From Ancylonema sp. (Eukaryota), in contig JBFLGF010000062.1 in the NCBI GenBank assembly GCA_050230475.1, positions 1 through 64,000 on the forward strand: a DNA stretch of 64,000 bases, read 5' to 3'. A program made the translations under genes and the position numbers. Position 1 is the stretch's first letter. Each line of letters opens with the position of its first letter. The notes below the pieces were generated by a model. The model made no database searches, was not told the origin of the DNA, and saw only the letters and a list, made by a program, of their open reading frames with translations. This document shows positions 57,943 through 64,000 of this stretch, one piece after another.

Positions 57943-60900
57943 ATGTTCCTATGGACAGCTAAGCTGCAGTGCCGTCCTCAGCGTGTCACAATCACACCGT
58001 CGGCAGATTCGGCGGATTCGCAGTCTTCGAGCCGCCGATCTTCTTTCGACGATCAGCCGTCATCGTCGAAGCGCCACGTGATCGTCGCAATCAACGGCAG
58101 CCAAGTTAGCAAAGCAGCCACAGAATGGGCGTTGAAGGTAAGATAAGACGACGAAATTCCCTGCAGAGACAGAAAATTTGACTTATGTAGACACGAAATC
58201 CAGCTCACTGAATTGCCTGTGCTAGATTTCCTGCTCCCATACTGCCTACGACCAGAAGAGTGGCCAGTGGGAAGCAGAGTAATACGCAATGGCGACATCG
58301 GAGAATTACGGAACCGGATCACCGGATCACTGGAAAACTGGATAATCCGAATCGCCGTTGATACCCGACTTAAACCAGTGTGCTTTCGATTGGCACACAT
58401 GGAGTGGGATTGAAAGCGAGAAGACAGGATCTGTCCAAAAATCCCGCCTTCCTGTACTTCTACCGTTTTCATATCACTGACCTGGCTCATGCGCCGGTCA
58501 AAGCTCCTGCTTGCAACCGTCGCCATTTTCACCGACCACTTCCTGTCCACCGAATCTTCACGAAAATTGACTCCACGTTTTTGAAATGTCACCGTCTGCG
58601 TCTGCGTCTGCGTCTTTGACAAGTGGCGTCACCCTGCACTTCTGCTCGTCTTTTTTTTGTTTCTTGTTCTTCTGTTTTGTTTTTGTTTAAAACGTGCTGA
58701 ATCGAAAACTTGCCCTGCTCCTCAAAACGCGCTCCTCCTAGTGTTTCCTTGAAAATGTGGTTCACTTTGCGTCTTGTCCTTGACAGTTTGTCTTAAACAT
58801 GCCCATACAAACACTTCAGATTTTTCAATAAATTCAGCAACTGGATTCTACCAATTTTTTGATATGTACAAATATTGCACATTGAGAATGCATACATGAA
58901 ATGTATATCGCACATACAGCTTTACACTAACACCCCTCCCTGTATAAAACCTGTAAATCGGGTTCCAATGTCCAATTCACCAACATCCATCCGTTCAGGG
59001 CCTGTCTCTTGCCTCCCTCAATTTCCTTTTTCCATACAGACGACCACCTGTTATGCGCTCAACTTACCCCCCGCTCTCCTTGACTTCACCCTGAAGTCAA
59101 TCTGTTTATTTCTCCTGGAAGCACTTCAGTCGTCAACTTTCCCCCCGTTCTCCTTGAGTTCACCCCGGAGTCGATCTGTTTTTTTCTCCTGGCAGCACTT
59201 GTGCCGTCCAGGAGACCACCTCTGTTTGCTGCACATGAGGGAGCCAAGTCAACCGACTTCTAGAGGTAACCAACCTGTAACCGAGCAGGTTAGTTGTAAC
59301 CAACCTGTAACCATGCAGGTCACAGGTTGTCCCTTTCTGTTTATAGGCACACCTCTGGATGGGCACAAAAATTTCTGCCTCTGTAGGCACCAGACTTTGG
59401 GGAACGGAATTCGTGAAGCCTGAACACTCTACCCCCTTGTTGAGGCACACCCTCCGTATAGGCAACAAAGTAGCACCTATCAAAATGGTGTTCACAGAAG
59501 GAGTTGACTGTGGAGTCACCAAACAAACAGAGCTTGGGACATGAAAATGGAACCACGGTATGTGACTATGAAATTATAAAGATGTGAAGCCTGGTGAAGA
59601 AACGAGGTGTACATGAAGTGTCTACATACATATTCAGTAAGTATGAACATACACGTTCAATCAGTATCTAGGTACATACGTATTCAGTAAGTATGTACAT
59701 ACATATTCAGTAAGTATGAACATACATATTCAGTAAGTTATGTACATACGTATGCAGTAAGTATGTACGTACATATTCAGCAATCATTTTGATGTGATGA
59801 TATATTGTGATCTTATGATGCGATGGGGGAGCACATGACATAATATGATGATGAAATTTATTGTGATCAACTGACGTGATACCATGCAAGTAACATTTGG
59901 TGCAATGATGAATGGTTCATAAATTCATAAATATATTTATGAATTTATGATACTACGTAGTGAGATATCTTTGTCCCATTTGTTAGAGGACAACATGGTG
60001 CCGTGTATCTCAATCCCCTAGAGAGGTATAATGGAAAAATGAAGAAGTGAGGAAAGAAAAAAGTGGATGTGAGAGGGTCGTCGATACAGTCTACAAACTC
60101 TCCAAATAAATATATTTCCTTCGCACATTTTCTTACCAACTCTCCAAATAAATATATTTCCTTCGCATATTTTCTTACTTATGTCACTTCTTCACAGGCT
60201 ACGCCAATTGAAATCTCTACTTGTACTTGTAGTTATAGTCATCATCCGTTTCCGCTGTCCTTTCCAGATTATGCCATCTCTTTTGATGCTTGTTTATTTC
60301 AGTCTTCAGTATGAAGAAAACGATTTCTGTCTTCTCTTGATAAGTTTACATCTTACATTTTTTCCAATCATTTTTTGCTTCACTCATAACTGTTATAAAA
60401 TATTTTTTATCATGCTTTCAATTTTGATCTCGAGGATAAACCCCAGAATAAAGAAAAGTCAAACCCCTTGTGGTGCCATCAGCTTGCCCAACCAAAAAGT
60501 CAACAAACTAATGATTGCCACTAGACTTCTGGGCTCCCCAATCCCTTTTCAAGACACATACAGCTAGCCGCCCATCTGTCTTCACCAAAAAAAAAGAAAA
60601 AGAAAAAAACACAAACAAAATTCCAAGTCTGTCATCGCCCCCTCGGCTTCCGTTGCTTTTTTCCTTCTTGGCAGTTTCCAAAGACGGCACGCGTACCGGT
60701 CGTTCCTCATTGGACAAGCTTCAATGCATCGAGTCCCAAATGGATGCTCTCCTAGAGACAGCGTATGCGGACTACATGGTGAGGGGGAAGGTGGACAGTA
60801 GATCCCCATCCTATACCCCAGACCCCAGGACCCCAGGACCCCAGACCCCAGACCCCAGACCCCAGGATCCCAGGACCCCAGGACCCCAGACCCCATCAGA

Positions 60901-62033
60901 AACCCAGGACCCAACAGACAGGCATCTTAAGGCATCAGTATGCGCGGTTTTTCCTTCAAATGAATACGAACATGGACTGGATATTGACATGAATAAGGAT
61001 CTGGGTATCTGAATGATTGGGAAAAAAAAAAAAAAAAAAAGCATATTTGATACGCGGGGCTGCGTTGCTTTGCTCTCCAGGAAAAGAGCGACAGTGGGAT
61101 CCTTTTCATTCTCGTGATTGTTATGAAAACGGCGCGATGGTGCTGAACCCATCAAATAACTGCGGTAGCACCATGCTGACGTCAGCATGTACACAACTGT
61201 TTGTCACACGCTCCATCTATCACCCCTCCATTCATCTTTTCTCTCTATCCTCTTTTCCCCTTGGTAAGAAATGGTAACACCAAACCCGAAACCGAAACCA
61301 GAAAACTGAATCCCAAACTGGAAAACGCAATACCCCTAAAAACAACCCCTTACAAACCCGAATCCCGAATCTGAAACCCAAAACGCATCAACCCTTCAGC
61401 CTCCCCATCTCCACCCCCCCAACCCCCATCCCCAACCCCCCCTTCCTCGTCTCCCCCCCCCCCAGGTCCATTCTTCCAAAGCCATCCGGTTTGGTGCTGT
61501 TGTCGACTCCATCCTTGCCGAAGTTGTGAAAAGGGCGGCAGTGGCTCTTGTCCTAGGGGGGAATCAGGCACAGGAGGAGAGGAGGGGGAAACGGTTGGGG
61601 GAAGGGGGGGGGGGGTTGGGAAAGGGAGTCAAACGCTTCTCGTCGTCATCACATCGCGATTTTGAGTGCAATCTTTTGTCCGTTCTTGTTATACACGAGA
61701 ATCCATTTTACGCATGCCTCGAACATGGGAACCGAAACCGAGATTTTGTGCTGACTTGTTTGTTTCCCTCCTCTATTTTTCTCTTGCTCTCCCTTTTGCA
61801 GCGCCAACAAATATAAGTCGTCCGTTTACTTGGAGTGCCAACAACGAGCTCCCTGTCCCGTGATCAGGGTACAAACTCGACACAATAGATGTGGCGAGAG
61901 GCATATGAATGCCTCGAGACCACAAGACGGTGCAATGAGGGAAAGCAAGACTTGCCTCTCTGTACAACGCACCCAACAAATCCGGGAAGAGCTTGAAGCC
62001 AAATGCTCCCGGGGGGTGGCTCTAGTGGAGTAG
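57943..62033 (+). CDS. universal stress protein (USP) domain protein. Exons 57943-58137, 59196-59265, 60675-60778, 61466-61593, 61802-62033
   Basis: RHVIVAINGSQVSKAATEWALK|HLCRPGDHLCLLHM ... GAVVDSIL...ALVLGG ... SSVYLECQQRAPCPVIRV; splice phases are consistent. Confidence 0.8.
59620..59780. repeat. ~20-bp degenerate minisatellite (ACATATTCAGTAAGTATG), intronic
   Basis: Directly visible. Confidence 0.8.
60816..60912. repeat. (GACCCCA[G])n tandem repeat, intronic
   Basis: Directly visible. Confidence 0.85.
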
Positions 62034-64000
62034 AACCTTGTTATAAGATACTCATTATAGTAGTGTTAAATTATAGACTGTAGGATGGATGAAATAAATA
62101 ATGCCGCATGTAATCAAATAAAGTTGTATAAGTCAATGTTATTTATGTGATAAACACGGTCGTTTATCACGTAGGAAATATGAGAAATGACATGTGCCCT
62201 TTGTTGTCCTTTTGTGTCCCCCCCTAGGGCATATCAATAGAGGCCAAGGAGCACATACTGTAGCAGATAAAACTTGTTTTTTACAACCTTTTTTATACGT
62301 AGATACGTTATCTTTCTTGAAAAACAACCGCGATTGCGTCGTTCTTCCCCCCCCCCCCCCCTTTTTTTTTTCTTTTTTTTTTCCTACCCTCCTTTTTTGT
62401 TGGAGGGTGTGAGTGTCAAGTGCCAAAAAAACCCAAAAAAAAAACCCAAAAAAAATCCCGACCCCCGATGATTTTAGTGTTGGAAAAGTTTGTGGGACCT
62501 AAAGGCGAATGGTGTAATGGATCTAGTTGAATGTCTTCCCGCAAGGAATTTTGGGCGAGATTTGCAAGGTTTTGCTTGGTACATCGTTTGTGATCTTGAA
62601 TTACAAAGAATTGTTTGAGGTCGTTGGACCGATAAGGTTGGGAAACCTTAATAACAATGATTTCAAGAAACCTCAATTAGGGCCTTAATGTTAACCTCAG
62701 TGATTGTCGGGATTTTTGGGTCCCATAAAAACACTTCACTTGCGTTTTCGTTTTTGAGGCTTATGATATCCCTCAAACTATATCGACCTTCATAACCTTT
62801 ATTCTACGTAACTTCTAATCATCTCATACGTACATTTCATTCCCTAAAGTTCTAGGCCTATAGCCCAGGCCGAAAAATAGGGTAATAGGGTAACCTTGTA
62901 ATCACGTAGGTTGGTAATATAACCGATTTGAGCAACCTGTAGAACGTCTATGTTCGTCTGTTGCGTTTCTCAGCCGATGGAAACAAAGATATTGAGTAAG
63001 ACTTTGTTGGTGATGCACAACATATTTAAGTAGGTGATGAAGACGTCTGACGGCCGAGGGTGCATGGGTTTGAAAAATGGTTCTTAGAATTTTAAGAATT
63101 GAAGATGAACGTTTTATCGTGTTGTTTTTGTGGTTCTAGAGTCTTCGTATGGGGAGCAGGAGTCTTTCTATTGCTACAATCAGGGATGGCAAGTCTTAAA
63201 AACCCTCTTCGTAATTGGAGGAGTTAGACCGTCATTACAAAAGAATAATAAGGGTACGCCCAGAAAGCACCCCTAAAAACCCCTAAATATAAAAATTTGA
63301 GTTTAGGGGTAATTTAGGGGCATTTCCCACCCCCAACCATCACTGTAGGGCCTAAATTGCTCTATTTCTGAAAAAAAAAACAAAAACTGGACCAAAACCT
63401 TTGACCAAAACGTACTACCAAAAGTTGTCATTGACAAGTGACGTACCGCCATTGCGGATAGTTTGGGTGGACATCAGACAATATATTTCGGCGTACCACG
63501 AATTTGTCAAGCTCAATCGGGTAATGTCTGCCATGTATTGCGAGAGAGTAGATCTTAGCGCCGGTGACCTCTCATCGGGGCGTACGGAATTTAGTCGCCC
63601 GGGGAAATCGGAATCGAGGCTCTTCGTAGAAAATACCATCTTGCTTTTCCTCCGCCCCCCTCCCCAAAAGTCTCGAACGGGTGGGAGGGTGAGTGGCATT
63701 GATAAATAATTTCGTCAATGCCATCAATTTCGTTGCACGACCGTTTACTTGGACACGTTACTTTCCCCTCCAAGATGTGATGACCGAAACTCTCTTACTT
63801 CATCATTTATTCACGTTTCTGTTTGTAAACTAGGAAACAAGTGCTTATGTTCAGAGAAAATGCGGCAATGATTTACGTTATCAAGTGACTACGCAATCAG
63901 CGATGCTTCCAAACGTTCTCTCTTTGTTAGTCACTTCGACATGGGTATTTTTCAATGTCTGAAACGCCAATTGATGAATTCTCGCTCCAAGTTTTCCAAA

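Noticed and set aside
59620..59780. CRISPR-like repeat array
   Set aside because: Tandem degenerate units without unique spacers, no cas genes, and located in a eukaryotic intron.

Overview
Intron-rich eukaryotic nuclear DNA, most consistent with a streptophyte (charophyte-type) green alga; the taxon is an inference from gene content. Host genes are: the 3' part of an XEG113-like arabinosyltransferase, two tandem serine carboxypeptidase-like genes, a plastid-type GIY-YIG (AtGrxS16-N-like) gene with one in-frame stop, an inverted partial copy of that gene which appears to splice in frame onto a NicO/UreH-like (CGF-like) membrane exon, and a USP-domain gene. The centre of the window (about 38.7-55 kb) is a nest of related retrotransposons. 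Element A (minus strand) is a Ty3/gypsy element with gag-protease-C5 cytosine DNA methyltransferase-RT-RNase H. It is interrupted by element B (non-autonomous, gag plus a catalytically dead DNMT homolog) and by a solo terminal repeat (C). These elements lack ordinary paired LTRs. Element B has a split-direct-repeat layout (A1...PPT-B1-cc-A2-B2) like that of tyrosine-recombinase PAT/Ngaro elements, yet has TG...CA ends and 4-bp TSDs, and its relative A has gypsy RT. I see no tRNA PBS; instead there is a conserved inverted repeat suggesting Tf1-like self-priming. This is the most striking system in the window. All alignments were done by eye and no database searches were run.
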